A DNA stretch of 64,000 nt from Octopus sinensis (lineage: Eukaryota). The DNA lies in assembly GCF_006345805.1 (NCBI RefSeq), contig NC_043005.1, forward strand, positions 57,536,001-57,600,000, in the 5' to 3' direction. The position numbers were made by a program, and so were the translations under genes. This document shows, in pieces, positions 27,234 to 40,312 of the stretch (positions are counted from its first letter, which is position 1; each line of letters starts with the position of its first letter). The notes below the pieces were generated by a model that worked only from the letters and a program-made list of their open reading frames with translations, searched no databases and was not told where the DNA came from.

Positions 27234-28774
27234 CAGGGTTTCACAAACCTTTCGCGCCAAAGTGCAATACCGCCCATCTATCGGCCAAAAAATGCTCCAT
27301 CGCCCACCTGTGTAAAAAAACCCTGACACAACACCCAACACAAAATTCCCTAGGCGTCTCCCCCGCGTATCATTTGACACATACACTATATCGTAGACTC
27401 ATTGCCCTGTAAGTGCCGTTTGTACTAAATATGCGGTTGTTTACATATCCTTTATTGTGGGTTTAGTTTTGCCATTAGTGTGAATAAAATTCTAACGTTA
27501 ACTCTATATTATGCAGACAGATTAACTTGCGCTTTCTTTTACATTGATTTTCATTTTCTCCAAATGAACCATTGATCAGAACTACCGATGCCAAAATAAT
27601 TAATGATTGTATTATTATGGAAAGAGGAATAAAACTTTTTTAATGAGAACCATGTGTCTGGTGCGATGCAGCTAGTGCAGATACATTCGGTTTCAAACCT
27701 GTCTACTTTAGCCGCAAGTCTCTTCGTTATATCACATCCAGTCCAATTCATTTATGAGAAAATAAAGTTCCAGCGTGTTTAAAACCAGATTTAACAAGGT
27801 ATGAGCTAGGGAGAGCAAGCAAAAGTAATTTCAAATGTTTCCACAGACTGCGGTAGGAATTCAATATACTCTGATGGTACCACAAAAACCTTTGCCATTA
27901 CGGCGATATCGCATTGTGGCGTCATTGTCACTTTGTAATTCTATCAATTCCTACTGAACATCATCCTTGCAACTGAATGCATCGATCTCAAACGGATTGC
28001 TATACCAATTTGGAATAATCGCTCTACCATGTTATCGTGCAATGATTGTAAATAGTTGCGATATGTAGTTAAATTCTCATCAACTAATTCATCTTTCAAA
28101 GAATCAAGTTGTGGAAATTGATGGAAGTGACGTTTTGAAATGTTAGTCTTAAACAACACCAATTTTGAAATGAAGGAAGTGATAAATGATTTACAATCAA
28201 CGAGAGTTTTTCTGTTTCCTTGCAATAACTTATTCAAATCATTTAATTTTGTGAATATATCACAAAGAAAAAAGATATCGCACCGTGCAGCCATCAATGA
28301 AGCGGATACGGGAGTATCTTCAAAGAAAGATATGATTATATGAAACAGTTCAACAAAGCGTAAAATACAGTTTCGTTTTCACAGCCATCGCACTTCCGTA
28401 TGGTATAAGAGTTAAGTATGGTCCTCATAATTTTTCATGATGATCGGACAAGGGACTGGACTTCAATTTGTTCACAGTCATGATATTTAACTGTAGCGCA
28501 CCATTCAACCTACCGTTCATATTTTTTGCCACTAAATGCTACCAGTGTGCCAAGCAATGAACAGTTAGTATCTGGTGGGAAATTTCATGCTGTAGGAGAG
28601 ATTAAAAACCTCTGTATCTTCCTATCATCGAAGGGGCTGCTCCATCAGATGCCCAGGCAAGAATATTACTGAGTGGAAAATTATGTTCAAAAAGGAAAGA
28701 CATGAAAGTGTGAAAAATAGTTGCACCTCTTGAATCAAGCGGCAATTTCTCAGTGAACAGCATTTCCTCACAAG

Positions 28775-28775
<1 letters not shown>
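27234..28775 (-). mobile_element. hAT (Charlie/Buster, ZBED8/FAM200-like) transposase remnant with one TIR
   Basis: EEMLFTEKL..SDGAAPSMIGRYRG, DIFFLCDIFTKLNDLNKLLQG, FHQFPQL, LWKHLKLLLLALPSSYLVKSGF, DLRLK..HQTHGSH; CAGGGTTTCACAAAC at 27234. Confidence 0.88.
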
Positions 28776-28811
<36 letters not shown>

Positions 28812-29157
28812 TTAATAAGGTGAGCCATATAGTGACCACTCTCTTATATTTATTTTGTAAAAATATTATAATATATTATAAAATATTATATTAATATCCA
28901 GGTTTCTCGGAGCACTAGGCCACTTGGTGTAGAATAGATATACTATTAAATTAGTATCTAATTCCTCAACCCTTATTAATTAATTATAATTATGCTGCTG
29001 CATTTATTTCTAAATGCTGTATTTGTTTTCCGTGAAATTTGGCGCGCTGTTAGTTGGGGCATTTGAATTATAACGTCGGATGTATCAATTGAACCACACG
29101 CGTATTTATCGTTATGGTAAAATCTGGCGTGTGATTGAGTGGATTTCATCCAGATAG

Positions 29158-29237
29158 TTTTGGCTGAGGAGCTACAAGTGGATTTTTTTGTAAGTAAAAT
29201 TACATTTAATTCATTAATAGCGAACATTGTCCCAAAA
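29158..29237 (+). ncRNA. Type I hammerhead, unit 1 (GUC cleavage after 29231; this copy reads GAAC-ATT-GTC, two A short)
   Basis: Stem I TTTTGG/CCAAAA; CTGAGGA; stem II GCTA/TAGC. Confidence 0.72.
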
Positions 29238-29685
29238 TAATCTGTATTTTTGTTATTTTTTTTTGCCCTGTCCGTGTGAGCTAACAATCGTACTGACTTT
29301 CATGGGAAACATGTATTTTTGGTTGAAACCTTTGGATTACTGGTGCTAGAGTGAGCCATATAAGTGACCACTCTCTTATATTTATTTTGTAAAAATATTA
29401 TAATATATATAAAATATTATAATAATCCAGGTTTCTCGGAGAGCACTAGGCCACTTGTGTAGAATAGATATACTTTAAATTAGTATCTAATTCTCTCACC
29501 CTTATTAATTAATTATAATTATGCTGCATTTATTTCTAAATGCTGTATTTGTTTTCCGTGAAAATTTGGCGCGCTGTTATTTGGGGCATTTGAATTATAA
29601 CGTCGGATGTAATTAATTGAACCACACGCGTATTTATCGTTATGGTAAAATCTGGCGTGTGATTGAGTGGATTTCATCCAGATAG

Positions 29686-29767
29686 TTTTGGCTGAGGATC
29701 TACAAGTAAATTTTTTGGTAAGTAAAATTACATTTAATTCATTAATAGCGAAACAATTGTCCCAAAA
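29686..29767 (+). ncRNA. Type I hammerhead, unit 2 (GUC cleavage after 29761)
   Basis: Stem I TTTTGG/CCAAAA; CTGAGGA 29692-29698; stem II TCTA/TAGC (one mismatch); GAAAC AATT GTC with perfect palindrome ACAATTGT. Confidence 0.8.
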
Positions 29768-29959
29768 TAATCTGTATTTTTGTTATTTTGTATTTGCCCT
29801 GTCCGTGTGAGCTAACAATCGTACTGACTTTCATGGGAAACATGTATTTTTGTGTTGAAAAACCTTTTGGATTACTGGTGCTAGAGTGAGCCATATTGAC
29901 CACTCTCTTATATTTATTTTTAAAAATATAATAATATATATATATAATATATAATATAT

Positions 29960-30265
29960 TCATCATCAGCTTCATCATCGTTTAACGTTCCGCTTTCCAT
30001 TGCCGGCATGGGTTGGACGGGTTGACTGATGACTGGCGAGCCAGATGGCTGCACCAGGCTCCAATCTGATCTGGCAGAGTTTATACAGCCGGATGCCCTT
30101 CTTAACGCCAACCAGTCCGAGAGGGTAGTGGGTGCTTTTACGTGCCACCAGCACGAGGGCCAGTCGAGCGGTACTGGCAACGGCCACGATCGAATGTTGT
30201 TTTTCACGTGCCACCGGCACAAGTGCCAGTAAGGCGACGCTGGTAACGATCACACTCGAATGCTG
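29960..30265 (-). mobile_element. SINE or LINE-end repeat with (GAT)n tail; second copy at about 54193-54386
   Basis: Shared CCGCTTTCCAT..GCATGGGTTGGACGG..GGATGCCCTTC.TAACGCCAACC; RTE association is inferred. Confidence 0.7.
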
Positions 30266-30384
30266 CTTTTATTATATATATATATTTACATATTCATGAT
30301 GTGAAAGGTATTGAGGGCAGATAATTATTAGTACATTAATCTCTTCAAACAAATTAAAAAGGTTTCTTTTTCTTTCAGATTCCC

Positions 30385-31405
30385 TATGGCGGCTAAAATG
30401 CTAACACAAGAAATGAAAAGGCGTACTGTCATTGCTACCCTATGTGTGGGGAACACAGAGATTTAGAAATGGCCAACTTTCTAAATGCTGCAAGATATTT
30501 TGCACTAAAAGTTTAGACGGAATTGTAAGTATCTGGCGGGAATGTTTCAAATATATCAGAGAGAAAAGAACATTCTAAACGTTTGGCCACTAGTGGGACA
30601 CTGCAATTCATCCAACGGGTTTAAAACATTACCGATGACAATCCCAGAAAATCAATGATGGCCATCACCATAGAACTTCAGATATCGAAGTGAACTATTA
30701 GTACTGAGGTAGACGAGGACATGTCATATAAGTCTTACATACTGAGAGGTCAGTTCATGTCTGCAGAAACTCAGGAACACCGTTTGATCTCTACCAAGCG
30801 ATTACTTAAGAAGGTTAAAACTCTTAAGAACATGGTGTACTTTGGTTCATTTTTGACGAGAAAATCTTCGATCAAGACCAAAGGCCTAACAGGGAAGCGA
30901 CAAATTGTTATGAGCAACTCTTATGTAATGTCCCCAAATTAATGCACATTAAGTTTCCAGAAGCTTAATGGTTTTAAGAGTGGTAGGTAATGAAGGTCTT
31001 GTTACGTTGCCTCACATATTTGCACAGAGTCTTAGTAATAATGCTGCTGCGTACGTTGAGTTACTGGACACAGTTGTAAAGCCCTGGATGGACGAAGTAT
31101 GCAGTGGATGGACAGATTTATTTTAACAAGACTCAACACCTTCTCACAGAGCCCACGTAGCCCAAAAAATGACTTAGATAATCTTTACGATCAGGTGGCA
31201 TCAAAATTGCTGCCTCTAAACACGCTAGAGTTAAATCCGGTTGTTGAAAGCGAGACCAATTAAAATTCTAACTAAACCATAGCGTCACTAAAGGCTGCAA
31301 TTGTCCAGGTGTTGTCTGAAATGAATTAGGGCTATTTGGTGCAGGTATGCCAATCATTCGATTCCTGAACTGAAGCATTCATCAAAGCTGAAGGCTAATC
31401 AAATA
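30385..31405 (+). mobile_element. Near full-length degenerate Tc1/mariner transposase
   Basis: HTH region (DDNPRKSM..I..EL.IS..TI), FDEKIFDQDQ, MVLRVVGNEG..PHIF, QDSTPSHRA, LELNP, SLKAAI. Confidence 0.85.
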
Positions 31406-31614
31406 TTATCGAGAACATATGTTCAAGTTTTTATTAAGAAAATAGATTTTTTTTCTTTTAGAGTTGTTTTATTAAACTAGCAAATATATCCTCAAATACC
31501 TCTCGCATTCTCTACGAGTGTGTGCGCGCGCGTGTATGTGTGTTTGTATGTATACATGTATGTATATATATGCATATGTCTATATGTATATATATATATA
31601 TATGTGTGTATACA

Positions 31615-31662
<48 letters not shown>

Positions 31663-31722
31663 CGTGTGTATGTATGTGGTGTGTGTGTAGATATATATAT
31701 TTATATGTACAGACAGACAGAC

Positions 31723-31858
<136 letters not shown>

Positions 31859-32270
31859 CACAGGCACACGTATCCGTATGTGTGTGTGTCTATGTATTCA
31901 TAAAAGATAAAAAGTGAATATTATTCAATTGTATCAACACCAACTGACGGAAACTCAAGAAGTGACCAAGTACAACGCTTATGGAATACATACTTACACG
32001 CAAAGGAGGTGTGGGTTCGTGTCCCACGAGGAACTTACGACTGATTCTATACAAATGGGTTTTTCAACCCAAAATTTACATGCTATTATTCATATCTCTC
32101 TGCGTGTGCTTCGAGATATTCCAAGAGTAGAATAAGTTCACGTTTGTCTCAAAAGTTTATAATTTTTTAAAAATGTCAACAGCATGCAATTATCGCTGGT
32201 AAGAATAAATTCTTTAAAATGGATTGCGTAACTTGAAGGATTGCTTTCGTATAATGGTAGGACTCCTGTT

Positions 32271-32500
32271 ATCATTTATTAAGGTTATCTCTACAGATAT
32301 TCTATAGAACTTATAGCCAGCACTGATTTTTGTTGCGACGTTTTGTAAACAAACAACGAGATCTCATTTTCATCTTCATCTTCATCTTAGATCTCATTAT
32401 TTGTTTACCTCTGACGTCTAGGGTACGAAATGTCGCAACAAAAATCAGTGCTGGCTATAGGTTCTACAGAATAACTGTAGAGATAACCTTAGCAAATGAT
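32271..32500. repeat. Fold-back palindrome with about 75-bp outer arms and an inner hairpin; related half-arm at about 43535-43620
   Basis: AAGGTTATCTCTACAG..AGCCAGCACTGATTTTTGTTGCGAC pairs with GTCGCAACAAAAATCAGTGCTGGCT..CTGTAGAGATAACCTT; inner AAACAAA.AA.GAGATCT/AGATCTC.TT.TTTGTTT. Confidence 0.85.
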
Positions 32501-32739
32501 GTAAAACGCACTGCTAACACAACAGGATACGATATTGACTTATAAAAACGTAATGGGAAAAAGTAGAATAGAATTTGGGTTTACATGAAAAAATTACGTC
32601 AGAGAACCTATTGAATAACAAGGAGTTATGACAGCGAAGGATTACGAGCCATTCCCTGCAACACAACTTAAACATACCGTGGTTAGTATTGTACGGGGAA
32701 GCCACACAAACTACGGACCAGCATATAGTATAGGGAATA

Positions 32740-33500
32740 TTCTGGGAATTGAGGTGGTGGGAACGTGGAGTTATTACCCAGCATTTATATACGACATTAT
32801 CGCGTAAACAAATACCATCCAACGGACATAGGTGGGAGAACTGGAAATTCCAGGTTTTCCCGCTACTTGTGGGCTTAGCATTAATCCCTCTTCTGATCTG
32901 ATTCATATGATCCGTTATCCTCGAAGTTGGAATGGAGGTGCTGTCATTACTAGTATGCGACCGAGTGAGGGCATCACTAAGGTTACGTGTGGTAGGGCTA
33001 CTAGTGAAAGGGGCGGTATATACCAGGGATAATAGAGAGAGGGGCAGCAGTACCGTGGTTGCTCTTATTGTAGGTAAGGTTACCAAAACTAATAGTATGA
33101 GTAACTGGCAGGTTATGGTAAGTTTTGTTTTCAGTCTAATATTAGGGGCATACAGTCTAATATTAGGGGCATACAGTCTAATATTAGGGGCATACAGTCT
33201 AATATTAGGGACATACGAGATCGTTTTGGGATCTATATGATCATTAAAGATATTAGCTGATAGGTTAGAGATCGTGATAAAAAGTATTAGTGATAATACT
33301 ATTAAGGGCAGATCTAGGGTGAATTGACAGGATACTGATATATTCTAAAGACTCATTTGGTTTAAAGGTTAGCATCTAGGTCGAGAGTGACATGCAAGAA
33401 GTTAGTTACTTTAGTGCAATTTTCGAATGAGATAGAAAGAATATAGCTTTTAAAGAATCTATGGGTATGTTTAACAGAGGTCAAGACATACTTGTGGCTG
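32740..33500 (-). mobile_element. Second, degraded Penelope-like element containing four 21-bp tandem repeats (33132-33213)
   Basis: [27 protein letters not shown] and [17 protein letters not shown] align with the first PLE; CPLDGICLRDNVVYKC is the knuckle/GIY start. Confidence 0.75.
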
Positions 33501-33592
33501 TAAGGGTATCCATCCATCCATCCATCTATCCATCCATCTATCCATTTATTCATCCACGCATCCATCCATCTGTACATACATACATACATACA

Positions 33593-33625
<33 letters not shown>

Positions 33626-33831
33626 GCATGAAAGTATACATATATATATATACATACATACGTACATACATACATACATATATACATGCATGCATACATT
33701 CATGTTTGTGGGTGTTGTTTATATATCCATTTTCAGAAGTTACCTGACGCATACCATATATCATAGATTTATCTTTGTGAATTTTGATATATTGCAAGAT
33801 GTATTCACACCTTTGAACACTGATAACCTTG

Positions 33832-33879
<48 letters not shown>

Positions 33880-34799
33880 TTATATATATATATACTTGCA
33901 CACACACACGTATCACAGATCAAATCAAACTTAACATGAACGTATTTAATCTATTTTACAGTATATCAGTACGGTAATCTTTGTACATCTACATATTCTT
34001 TACATACACTTATGAATACATACGCATATGCATATTTTCTTACATACAAACATACATGCGTGCATACAAATTAGCATAAATATATATATAAATGCATCCA
34101 TACATATATGCATAAATATATACATGCACGCATGCATGCATACATACATACATACATACATACATACATACATCATACATACATACATACATACATGAGT
34201 GCTATACAATATATTCACACAGAACATAGCTCGTTCTCTGTTATTTACAAAATCCTGAAACTGTTTGAATTTGTGATTTTGTTAATGAGAGGTTAGTTTT
34301 GGCAAAAACAAAACTTGCATGCACACGTACATACATACATACATACATACATACATACATACATACATACATACATACATACATACATACACACATACAT
34401 ACGTACGTACGTAGCACTTCGTTTTGCAAGTAAATGCCTGTCAGTCTGGATAAGTTGGGATTTTCAAAAAAGAAATCAACTGACTCGCACGTTACAAATA
34501 CTGTCTGTTAGCTGGACAGTAAAACTAAGCAAAACCTTCTCAGGCTTAAAATGTGACACCGTTTTCGTTATCTGTATTCCAATGAAAGAGCTTTGTATCT
34601 TTGTTAGAAACCAGCTCCTTCCTCAGAAGAAGAATTTACATGATTACATACATACATCTTTGCGTACATACATACGCACATACATACATACGTACGTACG
34701 TACATACATACATACATACATACATACATACATACATACATACATACATACATACATACATACATACATACATACATACATACATACATAAAGATAGAG

Positions 34800-36045
34800 T
34801 GACCTGAGAATATTAAATCAGACTTGGGAAAATATGGCTGTCGGAACTCTCCTCTTACAACAAAGCAATATCCCACAATGTGTTTGCAGTACCAGTGCTG
34901 ATCCCAACATTTGTGATACTTGATTGGTCTGTAGAGGAAATTCACTCCATAGATATCAAAACCCGCAAAATCCTGACAACAATTGGGAACTTCCCACAGA
35001 AACAGTGATGTTGACGGGCTCTACCTAAGAAGAAATGGTGGTAGACGGCCTTCAAATGCCGTATGGTATCACTCAGGCAGCACCTTTCAGAATAACAACA
35101 GCAAAAATAAATATATAAATGCAGTACTGAAAAGTGAAGTGAGCAACATTGTACGAGTTGGCAGTGAGCTCCCCAAGAAGCACTCTCTTTCTGATGATCT
35201 CCTATACAGCCCTTAACAGCTGGGCTCTCTTACCTCGGGGAAGACCTGGATAGAAAGCACTCAGCATACAAAAATAGACTATGCATGGGTATGTTACCCA
35301 GAAGCTTGAAGAAGACAGAAGAATAGATACGAAGCGCAGCCTCTCTTAGACACAAGACCACTACATCACATCACAATTTTGAAGGCTGTGTTTGCAATCC
35401 AGGAACAGGAGATTGCCACAAAGTACCTGTTGAACAAGAGAGACAGTGACTCTCTTGCAAACCGCCTGTGTAGGCCGTGTCATGTTTCTGTAGAAGACAT
35501 CATGTATGTGACTAGCAGCTGTCGTAAAATGTTGTCACGGTACTACCTCCCTATGCGGCACGATGTTGTCGCTAAAACAATTTACAATGCTATCCGAAAA
35601 AAAGACTTTCCTGAAATAAACTTAGAAAATCCTTCTGCTATGGAATACATTCCTAAACACCAACTCAAGGAATATCGGTGGAATATTCCCTTCAAAACTT
35701 GTGTCAAACGTAAACATAACAGACCGGATATTGTTGTTTAGGACAGAGGGGCAAAGGTATGTACCATCACATAAGTTAGCTGCCCTGCAGATATAAATAT
35801 CTCTTTGAAAATCAAATAAAAAGGATATCTGTCGATAATTGCTTTGAAACCTCCAGCTTCTATATCCGGACTATGAATTTATATTCATACCAATAATAAT
35901 TGGAGCACTAGGTTTTGTTAGTAAATGCTTAAAGGAGAATATGGATAAACTGGGATTTTCAGACCGGCTAATTCGTACATTACAAGTGCAATCTATGAGT
36001 GGAACAGTAAAAATATGCAGGACTTTTCTCAAGTTCCAAATGTGA
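34800..36045 (+). mobile_element. R4/Dong-like non-LTR element with restriction-like endonuclease, 3' remnant
   Basis: LSSYNKAISHNVFAVPVL, DIKTRKIL, FAIQEQEIATKY, CRPC..ED..V.SSC, RHDVVAK, HNRPDIVV, IPIIIGALG. Confidence 0.82.
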
Positions 36046-36494
36046 ATTTGTCTGTATTAACTACATCCCAAAAATGGACCCTTGTGTTTTTGTTGGAAAC
36101 TGGCTTCCTCCTTAGTGGAAGATTTATAATAATTAAAAAAATAGAAGAGACATACTTACAAACGCAAGCCATCGCTGGAACTGTAAAAATATGTAAAACT
36201 TTCCAGAAATTTATCATTTAAGTATATATGAGCATGTCTAGACATGCAACTATATGCATGAGAATACGTACATAAGACCCTACACATAAGACCCTGCACA
36301 TATACATACATACCTACATACATACATACATACATACATACATACATACATACATACATACATACATACATACAAAAATACCCTGTGTGATGTTGAAATT
36401 CCAATGAAGGAGCTTCTTCTCTGTTAGAAGAAATCTTGAAATAAAACTGAATAGTGATATACATACGTACGTACGTAACAAAAAAAAAGGTCAT

Positions 36495-37090
36495 CTGAAG
36501 TCTCAGCTTACAAGGATATCGCCCACAACGTCTTTGTTGTACTCACGTTTAGCCTTCTGAATTGGTCAGTACAAGAATTCAGTGAAGTAGATGAGCGAAT
36601 TCGCATGCTACTCAATGTTACAGGAAACTTCAGCATCGTTGAAACTGTAGATACACGGATGGTGGTCATAGTCTTAAATATGTATTTACTTCATATGAAA
36701 TCGGTATTGTGACACTGAGGCAACATCTACAGCAGAGAAAAGAGACTAGTAACTATCTTGCTAAGTTTTTTTTACCACGAGATCAACACCATAATTAGGA
36801 TAACTATAATGAACTTGAGGAAAGGCACGAAATAAGAGCTGATACAACTCTTCGAGTGGTATTGGTAAATTCTATTTATGAAACGAAAAAAAAAATGGAC
36901 CACTTCACCGAGAAGATAGTGCATGGATTCTTGGCATGAAAGACATAAATCTTAGAATGAATTGATCACATGAAAAGCTTGGTATATAGTACCGACAAGT
37001 TTATGACATGCCATTTGATGGTTACCTTCATGCGCTTCAGGAACAAGAGGTCCTCACGAAATACCCGCTGTATAAAAGGCAGAAAACAGT
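36495..37090 (+). mobile_element. R4/Dong-like remnant, second fragment
   Basis: SAYKDIAHNVFVV..LNWSVQE..VDERIRMLL..GNF; DGYLHALQEQEVLTKY. Confidence 0.65.
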
Positions 37091-38049
37091 GACGAACAGC
37101 AAATTTAGTTTGACTTCACTCCTTAGTCACTACAACTTTCAGGTCCGCTCTGGTCTGGGGTGTTATTACGTTTCAAGAGTCCCAATAATCGGTCAAATAG
37201 CAGTAGATACATTTGGTTAATAGATTGTTTCTAATTTAGGCATAAGATCAGTAATTTTGAATGGAGTCGGTTGATCGATATCATTGACAACCAATACGTG
37301 ACAAGTACTTTATGTTATCGACTCCGAAAGGTTGAAAGGTAAAATTGACCTCGGCTGGATTTGAACTCAGAAAGCAAGGAATCGGAAGAAATACGCGCAC
37401 ACACACACTCTCTCACACATGCACGCGCCCACACGAACGCACAAGTACGCGCCCCCACACAAAAGAAAGGAACGGAAAGAAGAATAAGTTCAAGGACCGA
37501 CATAACGCCTACTCTAGCACTCCCTCCCCGTTAGTTCCTGTAAATAACTATAAACCACTGGTGACACCATAAACACCACTAAAAAGATGGCAAGCGAGAT
37601 AGATGATGTACAGAAATATGAGACTGGAGTATCAATGATAACGTTTTAAAAAGCTATTATATATTACAGACAAGTTCGTGTTAATGAACTCATAACAGGG
37701 AATAGTAAAAAGCTAACTAAAAATAATTCTGTGGTGAGACATCAGAATTAATCAACGACTAAGATTTCATTCATTTCGGTAATTATGGGAAGCAACTCTG
37801 GTTATATACCGTAGTATCAAACCTCTTCAGTGAAGCATAGAGTTCCCTATATACATCAACGAAAATATCCAGTGAAATCCGTGAAGGTAAAGTCAGTAGA
37901 TCCAGTGGTGATCCGGGTAGAATGCTGGTATGTGGATGAGAAGAGGTGCTGAAAGATCGGGAAGTGGTTCAGATATGCAAGTCCAAAGAGTAGGAAGTTC
38001 AGTGAGAATCAAACTGGGATATTCGCCAGGCTAGACCGCTGAAATCTAC

Positions 38050-38218
38050 AAGTTTTTTTTTTCATTCTCTCTCTGCTTATTTTCTCTTATTCTTTCTGCT
38101 GAAGAGCGTAGACTCGAAATATAAAAGACTTTTTTACCTTCCCGAGCATCAAACTAATACACTTGCTTGTTTTTCATACACCTGTTTTCGTCTTTTGTTT
38201 TTCTATAAATTTCCCTAT
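38050..38218 (+). mobile_element. Short hammerhead-like element (core CTGCTGA, degraded) ending at (TA)n
   Basis: TCTTT-CTGCTGA-AGAGCGTAGACTC-GAAATATA-AAAGA at 38091-38128; same family as 51264-51456. Confidence 0.55.
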
Positions 38219-38309
38219 ATATATTTCGAAGTATGACGGAATTATTAAGTTGGTGTAGAACAAACGTGAAAATTGCCGGAATTATTAAAACAATTGAGTT
38301 GAGTCCAGT

Positions 38310-38760
38310 ATACTAGCACAAAAGGAGTGCATTGGGGTGTTAGTCGAGAGTGTGGATTCAAAACAACAGAAAAGTGGTATGAACACGAACCGGAGACTGT
38401 GATAGAAAATGAAAATTACAAGATCTTGTGGGGATTCACCATAAAGATTAAGGCAAGAAGACCAGAGAAAATAAACAAACAGTGCAAGATAATAGTTTCT
38501 GCAATTCGCTATGATACAAAAGAAATGGAAAAAATTGAGAAATAACAGGATTTAACCAGAGAGCTGAGGAGATTGTAGAAGACCAAAGCAACAATTATTC
38601 CTGTTGTAAGTGCACTTGGCACAACACCTAAAATTCCACCTAAAGCCTGAATAAGATTAGAATTGAAACTCGCATAGTTGACCTGAAGAAAAGTACCATT
38701 GTATATTCTGCAAGAAACCTAAGAAAAATTCTTGAGATTCGAAGAGAGTTGTTGACACCA
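38310..38760 (+). mobile_element. R4/Dong-like RLE 3' fragment
   Basis: KWYEHEPETVIENENYKILW.F..KARRP, EKIEK.QDL.REL, IIPVV..ALGT.P. Confidence 0.75.
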
Positions 38761-39457
38761 AGCCTCAAGATAAAATACCTGCTGACTAAATTAACATACA
38801 CTAACATAATAATAGTAATGGTTTCTGATTTAGGTAAAGACCAACAATTTTTGAGGGGATGGATTAGGCAAAACCATCGACACCAATACAAGATTCAAAC
38901 TTGATTACAAGGATATGTGGTAAAAGCGATCTTGGTGGAATTTGCACTCCAAGAATAGAAAGTAGGAACAACAAGAACACCCAGAGAGTGAAAACCTCTG
39001 TCAAAGACATCACCAATGTCCTATCAACGATTAACCAGAGATTTTTAAAATGAGAATATCTGAAATAAACTCGACTGCTCTCACAAACGAGAATACTAAA
39101 AATGAACCCGACCGCTCTCAAAAATTAAGTAAAAATAAAACGGTAAAATAATCCAGAATCCTGGTAGTCATGTGGAATGTAACGGTGGCTGTAGAAAATT
39201 TAGTAACAGTAATAAATAGTTTATCCTTATCTAATACAAGCCAAAATTAACTAATTCACCATTAAAAATAGTTTCAAAGATGGAGGTAATAAATTTTACT
39301 CAGGAATTTTAAATGAATATCATGAGACGTTTTGGTTTTCTCTTCTCTTAAATTCTGGCCTTCCTTTAGTATTCCTGTTGTTTTAGATCGATGTATAGAT
39401 TATGTATAGATGTAAGTATACAGTAAAGTGTTAATATGTATATATAATATATATATA

Positions 39458-39875
39458 TCAAGGCGTCTAGTTGGCAGAATCGTTAGCATGCCGGGCGAAA
39501 TGCTTAGCGGTATTTCGTCTGCCGTTACGTTCTGAGTTCAAATTCCGCCGAGGTCGTCTTTGCCTTTCATCCTTTCGGGGTCGATTAAATAAGTACCAGT
39601 TACGCACTGGGGTCGATGTAATCGACTTAATCCGTTTGTCTGTCCTTGTTTGTCCTCTCTGTGTTTAGCTCCTTGTGGGTAGTAAAGAAATAGGTATTTC
39701 GTCTGCCGTTACGTTCTGAGTTCAAATTCCGCCGAGGTCGACTTTGCCTCTCGTCTTTTCGGAGTCGATTAAATAAGTACCAGTTACGCACTGGAGTCGA
39801 TGTAATCGACTTAATCCGTTTTCTGTCCCTGTTTGTCCCCTCTATGTTTAGCCCCTTGTGGATAGTAAAGAAATA
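39458..39875 (+). mobile_element. Family B SINE with tandem internal duplication
   Basis: GTATTTCGTCTGCCGTTACG..GTAGTAAAGAAATA present twice. Confidence 0.88.
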
Positions 39876-40109
39876 AATATATAATATGTATATTATAAAA
39901 ATATATATTATAAAAATATGTTAGTGTTATTTAATTTCTGAACGGTTTTGCTGCCGTTTATTTATATAGTTTGATTTCTTTATCCATCAATTTCTACTAA
40001 GATAGAGATGTGAGTAAAATTAATAATAGAGAAACGAAAATAAAACTTTGGAAACAGCCTAAAGGGAAATAATTGAGAAAGACTTGAAAGTCAACGTAAG
40101 ATCGTAATC

Positions 40110-40312
40110 ATGTAACAAATAATTCAGAATCCTTGTCCGATACCGGATCGATCCTCAAATCGAATCAGTTCTTGCCAGTCACGAGGCCAAACATCCCTGA
40201 AAGTTTCATCCGAATCCATCCAGCAGTCTTTGAGATATCTTGTCCGCGGACAAACAAACAAACAAACACGACTGAAAACAATACCTCCGCCTTAGCGAAG
40301 GCGGAGGTAAAT
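40110..40312 (+). mobile_element. Non-autonomous Helitron/Helentron-like (HINE) end
   Basis: AAGTTTCATCCGAATCC..(AAAC)n..AAAACAA followed by a perfect 12-bp hairpin TACCTCCGCCTT/AAGGCGGAGGTA at 40282-40309. Confidence 0.6.

Larger units (their letters stand above)
28820..29935 (+). mobile_element. Tandem array of about 533-bp hammerhead-containing units (retrozyme-like), about 2.1 copies
   Basis: Units 28820-29350, 29351-29885 and partial from 29886; no meaningful ORF; flanked by TA-rich tracts. Confidence 0.85.

Noticed and set aside
28820-29935. Tandem array as CRISPR or plain satellite
   Set aside because: No short repeat with unique spacers, eukaryotic context, and the units carry a hammerhead fold
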